From an uncultured delta proteobacterium (GTDB lineage: Bacteria; Myxococcota_A; Polyangia; Haliangiales; Haliangiaceae): a stretch of 64,000 nucleotides of DNA. The notes beneath the pieces are model-generated. The model searched no databases. It was not told the DNA's origin and saw only the letters and a program-made list of their open reading frames with translations. This document shows, one piece after another, positions 31,895-43,000 of the stretch. A program made the position numbers and the translations under genes. The DNA is taken from the NCBI GenBank assembly GCA_963743525.1, contig CAVUQH010000008.1, forward strand, positions 1 through 64,000, written 5' to 3'. Numbering within the stretch: position 1 is the stretch's first letter; each line of letters begins with the position of its first letter.

Positions 31895-31913
31895 GTTTAC
31901 AAATTTTGTAAAC
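31895..31913. promoter_or_regulatory. Perfect palindrome upstream of ccr
   Basis: GTTTACAAA-T-TTTGTAAAC, 60 nt upstream of the start. Confidence 0.65.
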
Positions 31914-32190
31914 CTCGGCCGCCTTTACTACGCCAGTGAAGGCGGGGCCGGGCGACCGGAACGCCGCCCGCGGGAACCCAGTTCACGTCGTTTCGACGCC
32001 GAACAGCGCCTGCGGACCGTCGAACCCTCGCGCGGCGGCATGCCCGGCCCGGTACGACGCATCACGCCGCCACCACCGGCGACCATCTCAACGAAGATGG
32101 TGGTTTACCGCACCGGCAAGCGGTGACGAAGGCTCGCCGCGGCAGTCGCAGTTCTGGACCTGACGTTCGCCGGGAGATAAACCCGCCGGA

Positions 32191-33270
32191 GTGCTCGCGA
32201 GACAACTTTCCATCCTCGTGTCGTTCGGGCTCTGGGTTGCTTGCGGTGGAACGGCTCACTCGCCGCCGGTCGATGTCGATGCGCCGGCGCTGCCGGCGGC
32301 TGCTGACTTTGGCGACGAAGCGTCGCTGGCGGCGCGGTATCCGACCGAGCTGCAGCCGTTCTGGGACCAGGGGCGCGCCGGATCGATGACCGGAGTTGCC
32401 GGGGTCGAGCTTCGCTATCGCGTCTTTCGCGCCGACCCCGAGCTGGGCGCGATCGTGTTCATCGCGGGTCGCACCGAGCCGATCGAGAAGCACGTCGAGA
32501 CGTTCTACGATCTGGTCGGGCTGGGCTACTCGGTCTATGCGCTCGATGTTCGCGGGCAGGGGGCGTCGGAGCGCATGCTGGCGGATCCCCAGGTGGGTTA
32601 CGTCGAGTTCTTTCTCGACTACGTCCGTGACCTGCACGCGTTCGTGACCGACGTGGTCGTGCCCGATGGGCCGCATTCGCATCTGTTCGGGATGGCGCAC
32701 TCGATGGGCGGCGCGATCATGTTGCTCGAGGCCTACCGGCATCCCGCTGATCTGGACGCAGTGGCGGTGTCGTCGCCGATGATCGGCATCGATACCGGCG
32801 CGTTTCCCGGTGGGGTGGCGACCACGCTCGCCTCCAGCGTCTGCAACAGCAGCGCCGGGACCGGCTACGCGCCCGGGCAGAAGCCGTACGAGGTCGAGGC
32901 GTTCGCCGACAACCACGTGACCCACTCGCAGGCCCGCTTCGCCCAGTACGGCGCTTTGCTCGACGCCGAGCCGTCGCTGCGGGTCGCCGGGGCGAGCTAC
33001 CGCTGGGTCTGCGAGGCGATCACGGCAGACGCCCATCTGCAGGCGATCGCCGAGGATGTCGAACCGCCCATCCTGGTGTTCGAGGCGGGCGACGACCAGG
33101 TCGTGCGCGGGGATGCGGAAGCGGAGTTCTGCGACCGCGCGCCGGCCTGCCAGCGGATTCGCTACCCGGGCGCCTACCACGAGATCTTCTCGGAGACCGA
33201 CGACGTTCGCGACCAGGCGCTGGCCCGGGCCGTTCGCTTCTTCGACCATTTCGCGGCGGTGACCCGATGA
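32191..33270 (+). CDS. Alpha/beta hydrolase lipoprotein (lysophospholipase L2-like)
   Basis: Lipobox WVAC, GRTE, DVRGQGAS, AHSMGG, DQVV, HEIFSE. Confidence 0.9.
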   Translation: MLARQLSILVSFGLWVACGGTAHSPPVDVDAPALPAAADFGDEASLAARYPTELQPFWDQGRAGSMTGVAGVELRYRVFRADPELGAIVFIAGRTEPIEKHVETFYDLVGLGYSVYALDVRGQGASERMLADPQVGYVEFFLDYVRDLHAFVTDVVVPDGPHSHLFGMAHSMGGAIMLLEAYRHPADLDAVAVSSPMIGIDTGAFPGGVATTLASSVCNSSAGTGYAPGQKPYEVEAFADNHVTHSQARFAQYGALLDAEPSLRVAGASYRWVCEAITADAHLQAIAEDVEPPILVFEAGDDQVVRGDAEAEFCDRAPACQRIRYPGAYHEIFSETDDVRDQALARAVRFFDHFAAVTR

Positions 33271-33794
33271 GGTGGGCGTGGCCGGCCATGGTCGCGGCGG
33301 CGCTGCTGTTCGGCGCCTCGACCGCGCGCGCCGATGCGCCGGCCGAGGTCACCAGCGTACCGCCGCGCGCGCTACGGTTGGCGGCAGGCGTGGCGGTGGG
33401 CGCGCCGTTTCCGCTCACCGTGCAGGCCGTGCTCCGGGTGGCGCGCGCGGATGGACGCGCCGGCTTCGACGCCGACGCGTCGTGGTCGCCTTCGCGCGAC
33501 TGGCAGTCGTACGACGCCGGCGGCGCCTACCATCCGTTCGGCAACCCGTTCTTCGTCGGGTTGCGCCTGCGCTTGCTCCAGCTGCATCCGCCGTGGAGCC
33601 GCGGCTTCGACGGGGCGTTCGACGATCAGCCTGCGGTCGGTCTGGAGCTGGGCGCGCGGGGTTGGCTCGATCGGAGCCGTCGACTGCTCGGCTCGGTGAC
33701 GGTGTCGGCGACGGCGGTCACCTCCGGCAACACCTCGCTGCCGATCTTCTACACCCTGAGCGCGGGCATCGCCTACGACGTCTGGTCGCGCTAG
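33267..33794 (+). CDS. Hypothetical secreted or outer-membrane protein
   Basis: Signal ARA-D, beta-strand pattern; ATGA overlap with the upstream gene. Confidence 0.7.
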   Translation: MRWAWPAMVAAALLFGASTARADAPAEVTSVPPRALRLAAGVAVGAPFPLTVQAVLRVARADGRAGFDADASWSPSRDWQSYDAGGAYHPFGNPFFVGLRLRLLQLHPPWSRGFDGAFDDQPAVGLELGARGWLDRSRRLLGSVTVSATAVTSGNTSLPIFYTLSAGIAYDVWSR

Positions 33795-33820
33795 CTGCGC
33801 AGCGCCTGATTGGCGGCTCG

Positions 33821-35302
33821 TCAATTGGCGGCTGCGTAGGCCGCGGGCCGCGACGCTGCCCGTTCCGGGGATACCCGCGAGACTCGGATCTTGCGAATGG
33901 GCGCCTGCGCCCGAACCACGGCGGCGCGGGCGGCGGCGCGGCGCTCGTCGATCGCCAGTGCGATCTCCGAGGCCGCTCGTTGCGCGCGAAGGAGCTGTCG
34001 CAGCAGCTGCTGGTGTGCGCGCACGGGGCGATTGACGGCGGCCAGCCGGCGACCGCGCAGCGGGTGAGGTGCCAGATTGTAGTCGTCTACCGCGGCTTCG
34101 ATGGCGGCGTAGGCGTCGTCGATGCGCGCTTCGAGCCGGGCCCAATCATGGCGCCCGGCGTCGACCAGGGCCCGACGGTGCGCGGCCAGATGCTCGACCT
34201 CGCCGGCGATGGCGTGCACGGCGTAGTTGGCCAGCGACGGCCTCAGCTCGCCGCCACACCAGCTGGGCAAATATTTCCGCCGGCGTGGATCGACGTAGGT
34301 GGCATCGCCGCTCGCGCGGCGCTCGCGCTCCGCGAACGTGAGCACGTGGGCCGAGTGGATCGCCTGCAGCGGCGAGTCGGCGTTGACCAGCGGCGAGAAC
34401 GGCGCGCGGCTGTTGACGTCGATGACCCGGGTGAAGACGTCGGCCCAGCTGTGGTCCTCGCCGTGCCAGGTGTCGGTGATGCCGACGACCTCGGCGCCCG
34501 GCGCGGCCAGCGCGGGGTAGCGCTCCAGCAGGCGATCGACCTTGGCGCGCCCGGCGTTGACGCGATAGTGCCGCGGCGGCGTGATGCGGTCGGGCAGGGT
34601 GCGGCGGCTGTACAGCGGGCTGAGCTGGAATGGCGCGCTGTAGCGGCCGCGGTGGACCTCGATCTCGGCGCACTCCCAGTCGGCGATGCCCAGTCGCCGA
34701 GCGGCGGCTTCGACGGTCGGCCGGGGTGACGCGCTGCTGAGGATGATGCGCACCCCCGGGTAGCGCTGTCGCAGCCAGTCGATGTCGCTGGCGTCGAAGA
34801 TCTGCTGGCCGGAGAAGCGATCGAGCACGCGGTCGGCGAGACGCCCGGCGTTGCCCAGTCCCATGCCGGCGAGCTCGTGCATGAGCGCGATGGTCGGCAG
34901 CGCCTGGATCGCGGTGTACGGCGACTCGCCGAAGCGCTGGTAGCGCAAGCGCTGGGTCGATGGGTGGCGCGCCGCCAGCTTGCCCCACAACAGGTAGTAC
35001 GCGCCCGGGTAGGCCCAGACCCGGGCGCCCTCCACGACGTGGCGCGATGCGGACAGTCGCGCCCACATGCCGCCGCGCCGGCGCAGCTCCGCCAGCTCAT
35101 CGACGTAGCTCGGCCCGTACGAGCGATAGGCGCCCAGCTCCCAGCCGAACCGTTCACCCATGTGTCGGGCCAGGTGCAGCGTGCGGTCGAGATCGAGCAC
35201 GATGAACCGGGTCGACGACGGGATGGCCGCGGCGCAGAGCTCGCGAAAGCCGAGTGGCGAGGCGTGGACCACCTGCCGAGCGACCTGACGATAGGCACCC
35301 AT
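33821..35302 (-). CDS. HAD-superfamily hydrolase-like protein
   Basis: Motif I DLDRTL, motif II SSAS, Lys in NAGRAK, motif IV-like ITDTWHGED. Confidence 0.65.
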   Translation of the reverse strand: MGAYRQVARQVVHASPLGFRELCAAAIPSSTRFIVLDLDRTLHLARHMGERFGWELGAYRSYGPSYVDELAELRRRGGMWARLSASRHVVEGARVWAYPGAYYLLWGKLAARHPSTQRLRYQRFGESPYTAIQALPTIALMHELAGMGLGNAGRLADRVLDRFSGQQIFDASDIDWLRQRYPGVRIILSSASPRPTVEAAARRLGIADWECAEIEVHRGRYSAPFQLSPLYSRRTLPDRITPPRHYRVNAGRAKVDRLLERYPALAAPGAEVVGITDTWHGEDHSWADVFTRVIDVNSRAPFSPLVNADSPLQAIHSAHVLTFAERERRASGDATYVDPRRRKYLPSWCGGELRPSLANYAVHAIAGEVEHLAAHRRALVDAGRHDWARLEARIDDAYAAIEAAVDDYNLAPHPLRGRRLAAVNRPVRAHQQLLRQLLRAQRAASEIALAIDERRAAARAAVVRAQAPIRKIRVSRVSPERAASRPAAYAAAN

Positions 35303-35390
35303 GCCCCACTACATTGCCCTCACCAGGGGCCTCTGTTCATCCACCTGGGGGCACAATGACGTGCCAGCCCGGTGGCGGGCTCAACTGATT

Positions 35391-36464
35391 TCAGGCACCT
35401 ACGCCGTTCGCTGCTGCAGGCTGCTCCTTGGCGAGATCTCTTCGTTCCAGCAGCTCGTCGACCGGCCGCCGCGGGGTAGCGCGGGCCGGTGGCCCGTAGC
35501 CGAAGCGCAGCACCAGCTGTGGGAAGCCGCGACCGACCAGCCGCGCGAAGGCGCGCCGCGACCGGCGCAGCTCGAGCGCCTGGTTGAGGAACGAGGCCGA
35601 CAGTCCGTGGACGCCGGCGAGCAGTAGCGACCGCTGCATCGCCTGCCCGGCGTCGAGCCAGGCCTCGGGGCGATCCGAGTCGGTCCCCAGCACGGCGAGC
35701 ATGGGTGATCCCTGGATCAGGTCGCGTTCGCCTTCGGCCACCCGGCCGCCGATGTCGAACGTCCGCACCAGCATCCCGTTGGCGGCGGTGATCGGCGCGC
35801 CGTACGACTTGCTGTAACCGGGGATGCCGTCGGGTCGCGCGCTGCCGTCAGCGACCAGCCACTCGGACAGCTCGCGGCGGAACCGCTTGTCGTGAAACTG
35901 CTCGCGATCGGCGGCGGCGATCAGCTGCGCCGCCCGGGTGCGCTGCTCGGGCAGCAGCCGGGTTAGCCAGGCGCCCTCGTCGGCGGCCGCCTGCGACAGC
36001 GCGTCGGCGATCTGATACGACACCGGGCGCCGCTCGAACGGGTGCCGATTGGTGTGCCGGGTGGGAATGGCATCGAACAGATCGATCTCTTCGACGGTCG
36101 GTACGCACGGTGGCCCCGGCGTCACCCGGGCCACCCAGTCGGGGTCGGCCGGCAACGGAAACAGCTCGACCTTGGGCGTGTGGCCGAAGCGCATCATCGC
36201 CACCCGCAGGTTGAGCAGCGCTCCGCCCAGGCTCATGAACAGCTGCCGGCCGTCGGCGTCGATCACCTCGAGCTTCCGCTTGTGGTCGGCCAGGAGGTCG
36301 ATGCCCTCGTCGTCACAGCGGAAGCGCCACGGCTGGGTGTTGTGTGAGCTGGGGGCGAGGATCGCGTAGCGCAGGAGGAACCTGTGCCGCGCGACCGGAT
36401 CGGCATGACGCGGGTAGTCACCCGCGTGGACGTTCCAGGGCTCGAGGTGCTCGGGGCGCGCCAT
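35391..36464 (-). CDS. Acg-family FMN-binding nitroreductase-like protein
   Basis: LAPSSHNTQPWRF, RHTNR, AGQAMQR, PQLVLRFGY..TPRRP. Confidence 0.92.
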   Translation of the reverse strand: MARPEHLEPWNVHAGDYPRHADPVARHRFLLRYAILAPSSHNTQPWRFRCDDEGIDLLADHKRKLEVIDADGRQLFMSLGGALLNLRVAMMRFGHTPKVELFPLPADPDWVARVTPGPPCVPTVEEIDLFDAIPTRHTNRHPFERRPVSYQIADALSQAAADEGAWLTRLLPEQRTRAAQLIAAADREQFHDKRFRRELSEWLVADGSARPDGIPGYSKSYGAPITAANGMLVRTFDIGGRVAEGERDLIQGSPMLAVLGTDSDRPEAWLDAGQAMQRSLLLAGVHGLSASFLNQALELRRSRRAFARLVGRGFPQLVLRFGYGPPARATPRRPVDELLERRDLAKEQPAAANGVGA

Positions 36465-36654
36465 GGTGCCGATCGCTGCAATCGACGTGCCCGGAGCCGA
36501 TGTGGCCATTTCGCGCATCGCTTGCGCGCCGCCCGAAAGGCGCGTTCGTAACTGCTCGCGACTTCGTATCTGGCCAGCCGAGAGGGTCGAGACCCCCGGG
36601 ATTGTTGTCCCCGGCCCGAGTCGGCGAAACACCAGCGAGTGCCATACTCGCGCC

Positions 36655-37842
36655 ATGGCTGACCTGTATGAGGCGCCGCGTCACGAGCCCCTCGGCGACG
36701 TCGCATGGGACGAGCCGGCGGCGCGCGCCGCGATCCGCGAGATCGTCGCGGACGCGGAGCAGGCGTATCGCCCCGACTCGCTGTGGCCCGATCATCCGCT
36801 CGACGACGCCCAGACCGTGGCCCCGCGGACCAGCTTCTACTGGGGCGCCAGTGGCGTCGCCTGGGCGCTGAGCCAGCTGGCGCGTCGCGGCGCGATCGAC
36901 AGCACGCGCGACTGGCTCGCCGAGGCGGCGCGCTTCGTCAACCTCCACCAGGCCAGCCCGGAGCTGGGCGAGTCGGTTCCGTCGCTGATGCTCGGCGAAG
37001 TGGGGATCCGCATGATCGCCGGCGTCGGCCACGACCGGATCCACGAGCTGATCGAGTCGAACATCGATAACCCCACGCTGGAGATGCTGTGGGGCGCTCC
37101 GGGCACGATGCTGCCCGCGCTGCTGTTGTACGAGCAGACCGGCGAGGCGCGCTGGCGCCAGCTCTATCTGCGCAACGCCAACTTCCTGTTCGAGACCTGG
37201 GAGCACCACGACGACTTCGACGTGTGGATGTGGACGCAGCAGCTCTACGGCGAGGTCGTGCGTTTGCTCGGCGCGGGTCACGGCTTTGCCGGCAACGTGC
37301 TGGCCCTCTTGCGCGGACTCTCGCTCCTGCCCGACGACCAGCGCAGCCTGGTGATCGAACGCGCGACCCACACCCTGGCGGTGACCGCACAGCGCGATGG
37401 AGCGCTGATCAACTGGGCACCCCACGTCGGCTCCGGTCGAGCGGGCCGCGACAAGATGTTGGTGCAGTGGTGTCACGGCGCGCCGGGCATGATCCTCGGG
37501 CTCCAGCTCCTGCCGAGGAGCGAGCAGGTCGACGCGTTGCTCGCCGGCGGCGCCGAGCTGACCTGGGCGGCGGGGCCGCTGGAGAAGGGCGCCGGCCTGT
37601 GCCACGGCACCGCCGGCAACGGCTACGCGCTGCTCGCCCTGTTCCAGCGCACCGGAGAGGCGCGCTGGCTCGATCGCGCCCGCCGCTTCGCCATGCACGC
37701 GCTCGAGCAGGTCCGCGCCGCGCGAGGCCGCTACGGTCGCGGACGCTACTCGCTGTGGACCGGTGATCTCGGCGTCGCGCTGTTCGTGAACGACTGCCTC
37801 GAAGGCGACCGCTGCGGCTTGCCGCTGCTCGACTACTGCTAG
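36655..37842 (+). CDS. LanC-like (lanthionine synthetase C family) protein
   Basis: GAGHGFAG, QWCHGAPG, LCHGTAGNG. Confidence 0.9.
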   Translation: MADLYEAPRHEPLGDVAWDEPAARAAIREIVADAEQAYRPDSLWPDHPLDDAQTVAPRTSFYWGASGVAWALSQLARRGAIDSTRDWLAEAARFVNLHQASPELGESVPSLMLGEVGIRMIAGVGHDRIHELIESNIDNPTLEMLWGAPGTMLPALLLYEQTGEARWRQLYLRNANFLFETWEHHDDFDVWMWTQQLYGEVVRLLGAGHGFAGNVLALLRGLSLLPDDQRSLVIERATHTLAVTAQRDGALINWAPHVGSGRAGRDKMLVQWCHGAPGMILGLQLLPRSEQVDALLAGGAELTWAAGPLEKGAGLCHGTAGNGYALLALFQRTGEARWLDRARRFAMHALEQVRAARGRYGRGRYSLWTGDLGVALFVNDCLEGDRCGLPLLDYC

Positions 37843-37947
37843 CAACCGCGCGATGGCGCCGTTGCCACAGCTGGCAGTCCGCGTCGGCCCACTGAGAGCC
37901 CCTCGTGGTCAAGCCTGGACGCCGTCAGTGGCGTCGCCTGACCGCAG

Positions 37948-39930
37948 CTACTCGTCGAGGGCCGCGCGCATGGGCGGGATCAGGTCGTCGACCAGGAACG
38001 GCTTGCTGACGAAGCCGTTGGCGCCGGCCTCGAGCAGCGCTTCGACGTCTCCTTTTCGGTCGTAGCCGCTGCAGATGATGATCTTCATCTCCGGCCGGGC
38101 CTGTTTCAGCAGCGGGAAGGTCTCCTTTCCGCCCATCACCGGCATGCCCAGATCGAGGAACGCCGCGTGGATCGTGCCCTCGTACTCGCTGGCGATCCGC
38201 ACCGCGGCCTTGCCCGAGTCGGCGGTCAGCACGGTGTAGCCGAGGGTGGCCAGGATGTCGCTGACGATGCGCAGGACCACCGGCTCGTCATCGATCAACA
38301 GGATGGTTTCGGTGCCGCGGAGGCCGGCGTCGGCGTCGGCGTCGTGGGCGACCGGCACCGCCTCGGTGGCCGGCACGTAGACGTCGAACGTGGTTCCCTC
38401 TCCGGGCTGACTGGTCACCACGACGGCGCCGCCGTGGCTCTTGACGAGGCCGTGCACGGCTGCCAGTCCCAGGCCGCGCCCCTGTTGCTTGGTGCTGAAG
38501 AACGGCTCGAAGATGCGATCGCGAATCGCCGGATCGATCCCCCGGCCGTCGTCGTGGACCGACAGGAGGACATATCGGCCGGGCGGGAGCTGCGGTTGTT
38601 GGCGCGGCACGTCGTCCGGGACGTTGACGTTGTCGGCGTGGATGTGAATCCGTCCATTGCCGGTAATCGCCTCGGTCGCATTGATACACAGGTTCAACAG
38701 CACCTGGACCATCTGCGACAGGTCGGCCTGGATTCGCCAGGGCGAGGCGACGGTCCTTCGCTCGACGGCGATCCGCGGCGGAATCGAGCCCTGCTGGATG
38801 CGCAGCGTCTCGTCGATGATCGCGATCGGGTTGACGATTTCGGTCTTTGGCTGGGTCGGGCGCGAGAAGCTGAGCAGCTGCTGCGCCAGCCGGCCGGCCT
38901 GTTGCCCGGCCTCGGCGATGCGACTGAGCATGGCCACCGCTTCGGCGTCTTGCGCCAGCATGCGGCGCAGCAGATCGGCATTGCCGAGAACCCCGACCAT
39001 CAGGTTGTTGAGATCGTGGGCGACGCCGCCGGCCAGCGTTGCCGTGGCGTCGAGGCGCGACCGCTGCAGCAGCGATTCTTCGGCCCGTTTGCGCTCGGTG
39101 ACGTCCGTTGACAGGGCGGCGCACTGGTTCGGTGCCGGGCGGTAGGCCAACACTTCGTAGTAGCGGTCGAACTCCTGGGAGAACTGCTCGACGCGGGTGG
39201 GTACGCCGGTGCGCGCCACCTCGCCGCACAGCTCGATCCAGTGCGGCTCGGTACCCGGCAACAGGTCCATGACCGTGCGGCCGATCCACTGGTCGGCGGG
39301 GATCCCGGTCAACGCTTCGAACGCGGGATTGACCTCGAGGAACCGGTAGTCGCACGCCTTGCCCTGGTCGTCGAACAGGATCTCTTGCAGGGAGAAGGCA
39401 TCCTGCATCGAGTTGAACAGGCTGCGGTAGCGGGTCTCGCTGGCTTCGAGCTGTTGCTGCGAGGTGATCCGCTCGGTGATGTCTTCGAACACCGCCAGCA
39501 CGCCGGTGACCTTGCCGGCGCGATTGGTCATGGCCGCGGTGTTGACCGAAAGGAACACCCGGCCTCCATCGGGCCAATCGATGGCGAAACGGGCATCGTG
39601 GACCATCTCTCCCGTTTCCAGGGCCAGACGGAACGGCAGCTGCTCGTCGGCGATGGTGTTGCCGTCGAGGTCGGTGATACGCCACCGGGCATCGTTGTAC
39701 GTGCGGCTGGTGAGCTCGTCCCGCGTCAGGCCGAGGAGCTTTTGTGCCCACGAGTTGGCCGAGACCATTCGCCCCTCGAGGTCGAAGGTGATGACGCCAG
39801 CCGAGCTGGTCTCGCCGATGAGCTTGACCAGTGCGCGCTGCTCCTGCAGGGCTGCTTCGGTCTCCGCGAGCCGCTTTCGCAGCTGCTCGACCTCGGTTGC
39901 GTCGAATTCGCCGGGCCTCTTCGGCTTCAT
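37948..39930 (-). CDS. Hybrid sensor histidine kinase (PAS-PAS-HisKA-HATPase-REC)
   Basis: AGGVAHDLNN, NLCINA, DDGRG, FEPFFSTK, GLGL; receiver IDDE..DLGMP..KPF. Confidence 0.95.
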   Translation of the reverse strand: MKPKRPGEFDATEVEQLRKRLAETEAALQEQRALVKLIGETSSAGVITFDLEGRMVSANSWAQKLLGLTRDELTSRTYNDARWRITDLDGNTIADEQLPFRLALETGEMVHDARFAIDWPDGGRVFLSVNTAAMTNRAGKVTGVLAVFEDITERITSQQQLEASETRYRSLFNSMQDAFSLQEILFDDQGKACDYRFLEVNPAFEALTGIPADQWIGRTVMDLLPGTEPHWIELCGEVARTGVPTRVEQFSQEFDRYYEVLAYRPAPNQCAALSTDVTERKRAEESLLQRSRLDATATLAGGVAHDLNNLMVGVLGNADLLRRMLAQDAEAVAMLSRIAEAGQQAGRLAQQLLSFSRPTQPKTEIVNPIAIIDETLRIQQGSIPPRIAVERRTVASPWRIQADLSQMVQVLLNLCINATEAITGNGRIHIHADNVNVPDDVPRQQPQLPPGRYVLLSVHDDGRGIDPAIRDRIFEPFFSTKQQGRGLGLAAVHGLVKSHGGAVVVTSQPGEGTTFDVYVPATEAVPVAHDADADAGLRGTETILLIDDEPVVLRIVSDILATLGYTVLTADSGKAAVRIASEYEGTIHAAFLDLGMPVMGGKETFPLLKQARPEMKIIICSGYDRKGDVEALLEAGANGFVSKPFLVDDLIPPMRAALDE

Positions 39931-40001
39931 GGTGCGGACCGCCAGCGTGCCATTGCCTGGTGCAAACCTACCCACCCAGCGGGCGGGACTCAAGAGCAGG
40001 C

Positions 40002-43000
40002 CTACGGGGATATCTTGGCAACTGCGCCCCAGCGTCCCCACGCGGAGCGGGCCGCGGCCAGGTGCGCGCTGCTGGCCTCACCGTCGGTGCAGCGCGCGGC
40101 CAGCTCGTGGGCCAGGGCCTCGTCGCTGACCCAGCCGCCGGCCTCGGCGAGGGAGATTGCTCGGTCGAACCCCGACCTGGCCGCGCTCAGATCGCCGCTG
40201 GCCCTGGCACGTTCGGCTTCGACCAGGGCGACCCTGTGGGCGAAGTTGGCCGGGCCGTACTCGGCCAGGTGCCGCAACGCAGCGATGCTGGCTTCAGCGT
40301 CGGCGCGGTGGGCTTCGCGTTCGGTCTCGGGCAGGCCGTAGATCGCCAGCGCCGCGTACTGGTGGATGATCGGTAGGTGCCAGATCGACGGCAGGGCATC
40401 CAGCATCTGCCGAACGGCGGAGAAGCAGCGGTGGGCCTCGACCGCTGCGCCAAAGGTGTATCGCACCATCCCCATCACGGTGGTGATGGCGGCGACGCCG
40501 GCGCTGGAGCCGGCCGCACGGGCAGCCGCCAGCGCCGCTTGCTCGGAGAAGCCGTTGCCGTCCAGCCGCGCCGGGTCGTCGCTCAGGCCCAGGTAGCAGC
40601 GCAGCAGCTGCTCGAACGGCTCGTGCACGTGCAGCGCGTTCACCTGCTGGTGGGCGCGCATGAAATCGCCCAGCTCCAACGCCTCCGCGTGCAGCGGCTG
40701 CAGTGGCTTGCCCGCGTAGATGGCGTTGTGGATGTAGCCGTGGGCCGCATAGCCCGCATACTCGACGTCGCCCACGGACCGGCACTGGTTGACCACGTGG
40801 CGCAGCTTGGGCAGCGCCGTGGACAGCGGCACGGTCCAGACGCAGACCAGGTTGTGGATCACGTGGCGCGTGCGGGCGTCAACGTGCGGATCGTCGAAGC
40901 GTTCGAGCAGCTGCAGCGCCACCTGTCCCCAGGTGTGGGCCTGGTCGTGCAGGCCCAGCGTGTTGAGCACGATGCCGTAGATCGACAGCGCATAGGCGGT
41001 CACCGTGGACAGGCCGTGCTCGACCGAAGCGACCACCAGACGACAGGCGATCACCACCAGCAGTGGCGGTGCGGCGAAATACGCGGCCGAGCTGATCAAG
41101 CTCATGATGCGCATGCTGGCGACGATGCGCTCGTCGTCGGCGTCGGCCAGCTGAGTCAAGCCCTCGGGACCGACGGCGGCCAGGCTGTTCATGGCTCGCT
41201 GAACCGCCTCGCCGATCTGGTCCTGCGTCGGGCTGGCCGGCAGGTCGGTGTCGAGAAGGTGCAACGCCTGGATGGCGACCGCGATCGCGTTGGCGTACTC
41301 CTTGCGGGCGATACTGGCATCGACCTGGACCTCCCAGCCGACCAGCTGGTCGAAGATCGAGCGCCCGCGCGATTTGACCTTGTCGATGTACTCGTCGAGC
41401 TGGTCCCAGGCGGCGCTGAAGCTGGCGGTTTCGGCGGCGCCGCTGTTGAGCGCCAGGGTGAGGTCGTAGTCGCGGTCCCAGCCGTCGTCGCCGAGGAGCT
41501 CGGCGCCGGCGCGGAAACAGTCGAACGCCAGCGGGAATGCGCCGGCCCGCCGAGCCTTGTGCGCCGCGGCCAGATCGAGCCGCGCCACTCGCTCGCGCTC
41601 GGTGTCGGCGAGCAGCGAGTGCACGGAGTTGTAGTGGCGGACGCAGTCGAACAGCCACGCCTCGGTCGCGGATGCTTCGCCCTCTTCGGCGAAGCCGCGC
41701 GCGAGCCCGAGGTGAATGCTGGCGATCCGCTCCGGCGAAAGGTACCGCAGCACCGACTCGCGCATGCGATCGTGGTGCAGCTCGACCAGATCGTCGGCGC
41801 CGGCACCGGTGGTTCGGATCAGGTGGCGACCGCGCAGCCCCCACAGCGAGCGCAGCGCGCCGCCGGCCAGCCCGGCTTCCTCGAACGCGATGTGCAGCGG
41901 GATTGGGCTGTTGGCCACGGACAGGACCTCGACCAGGGCGCGCTGGTGCGCCGGCAACGACTTGACCCGCGCGGCCAGCACCTGGTCCAGCGCGACGCCG
42001 GCTGCTACCGCTGAATCGCCGTTGCCGTCGCGCTGTTGGGCGACGAAGTGGGCCAGCTCTTCGATGAAGAACGGGGTGCCGCCCGATTCCTGGGCAATCG
42101 TCGCCGCCAGGACGCGATCGACGCCGAGCGCGGCGAGTTGCCGGCCTGCCAGGTTCCGCGCATCGTCGTCGGCGAGCGGTTGCAGATCGATGGTCACCTG
42201 CTGGTCGATCAGCGCGCTGGCGACGGCGAAGTACGGCGCGATCACCGGGTTGTTCCGCGCCTCCTCGTCGCGGAACGCGAGCACGACCGCGATGCGCGTC
42301 CGCCGCGCCTTTGCCAGCAGACGGACGAGCAGCCCGATACTGTCGGTGTCGGCCCACTGCAGATCGTCGATCTGCAACATCATCGGGCGACGCGCGGCCA
42401 GGTTGAGGAACAGCTCGCACAACGCCTCGACCGCCCGCCGCCGGCGTTCGACCACGCCGATGGTCGCGGGCGGGCGCGCGTCTTCGAGCGCCGCCGCGAT
42501 CTGCGGGACCCCGGCGAAGACCGGAAACACCTGTACCAACTCGGTCAGGCGGGCCGGCAGCCGGGGCGTCAGGTCACCGCTGCCGAGCAGCGCAGCGAGC
42601 TGATCGAGCAGTCCGTCGAATGCCTTGTACGGCACCGTCTCGCGCTCGTAGCAGCGACTGTTCAGAGCGATGAAATCACCAGCGCTCCGCACTTCGTGGA
42701 GGAAGCGCCGCAGCAGCGAGCTCTTGCCCAGTCCCGAGGCGCCGCTCACGTGAACCACGCGGGTGTCGCCTTTGCGCACCCGCACCAGCGCTTCGCGCAG
42801 CTGGTCCAGCTCTGCGCGCCGACCGACGAAACCGGCCTGCTGGCGGGTCGCCAGCGTCTCGGCACCGGCGGTGAGCTCCAGCAGCGTGCGTCCGGTGGGG
42901 CGCTGCGTGGGATCGGCCTGGAGCAGAGCAGTGGCGAGCTCGCTGAGATCGGCGGGCAGGCCGGGGACGCGTTCCCGGGCCGGCAACGGCTCCGTGGACA

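Noticed and set aside
36655..37842. Lanthipeptide biosynthetic cluster
   Set aside because: No LanB/LanM/LanKC, precursor or transporter nearby.
39930..40041. Frameshifted fusion of the kinase to the histidine kinase
   Set aside because: The linking sequence has atypical codon usage and no GAF domain; treated as separate genes.
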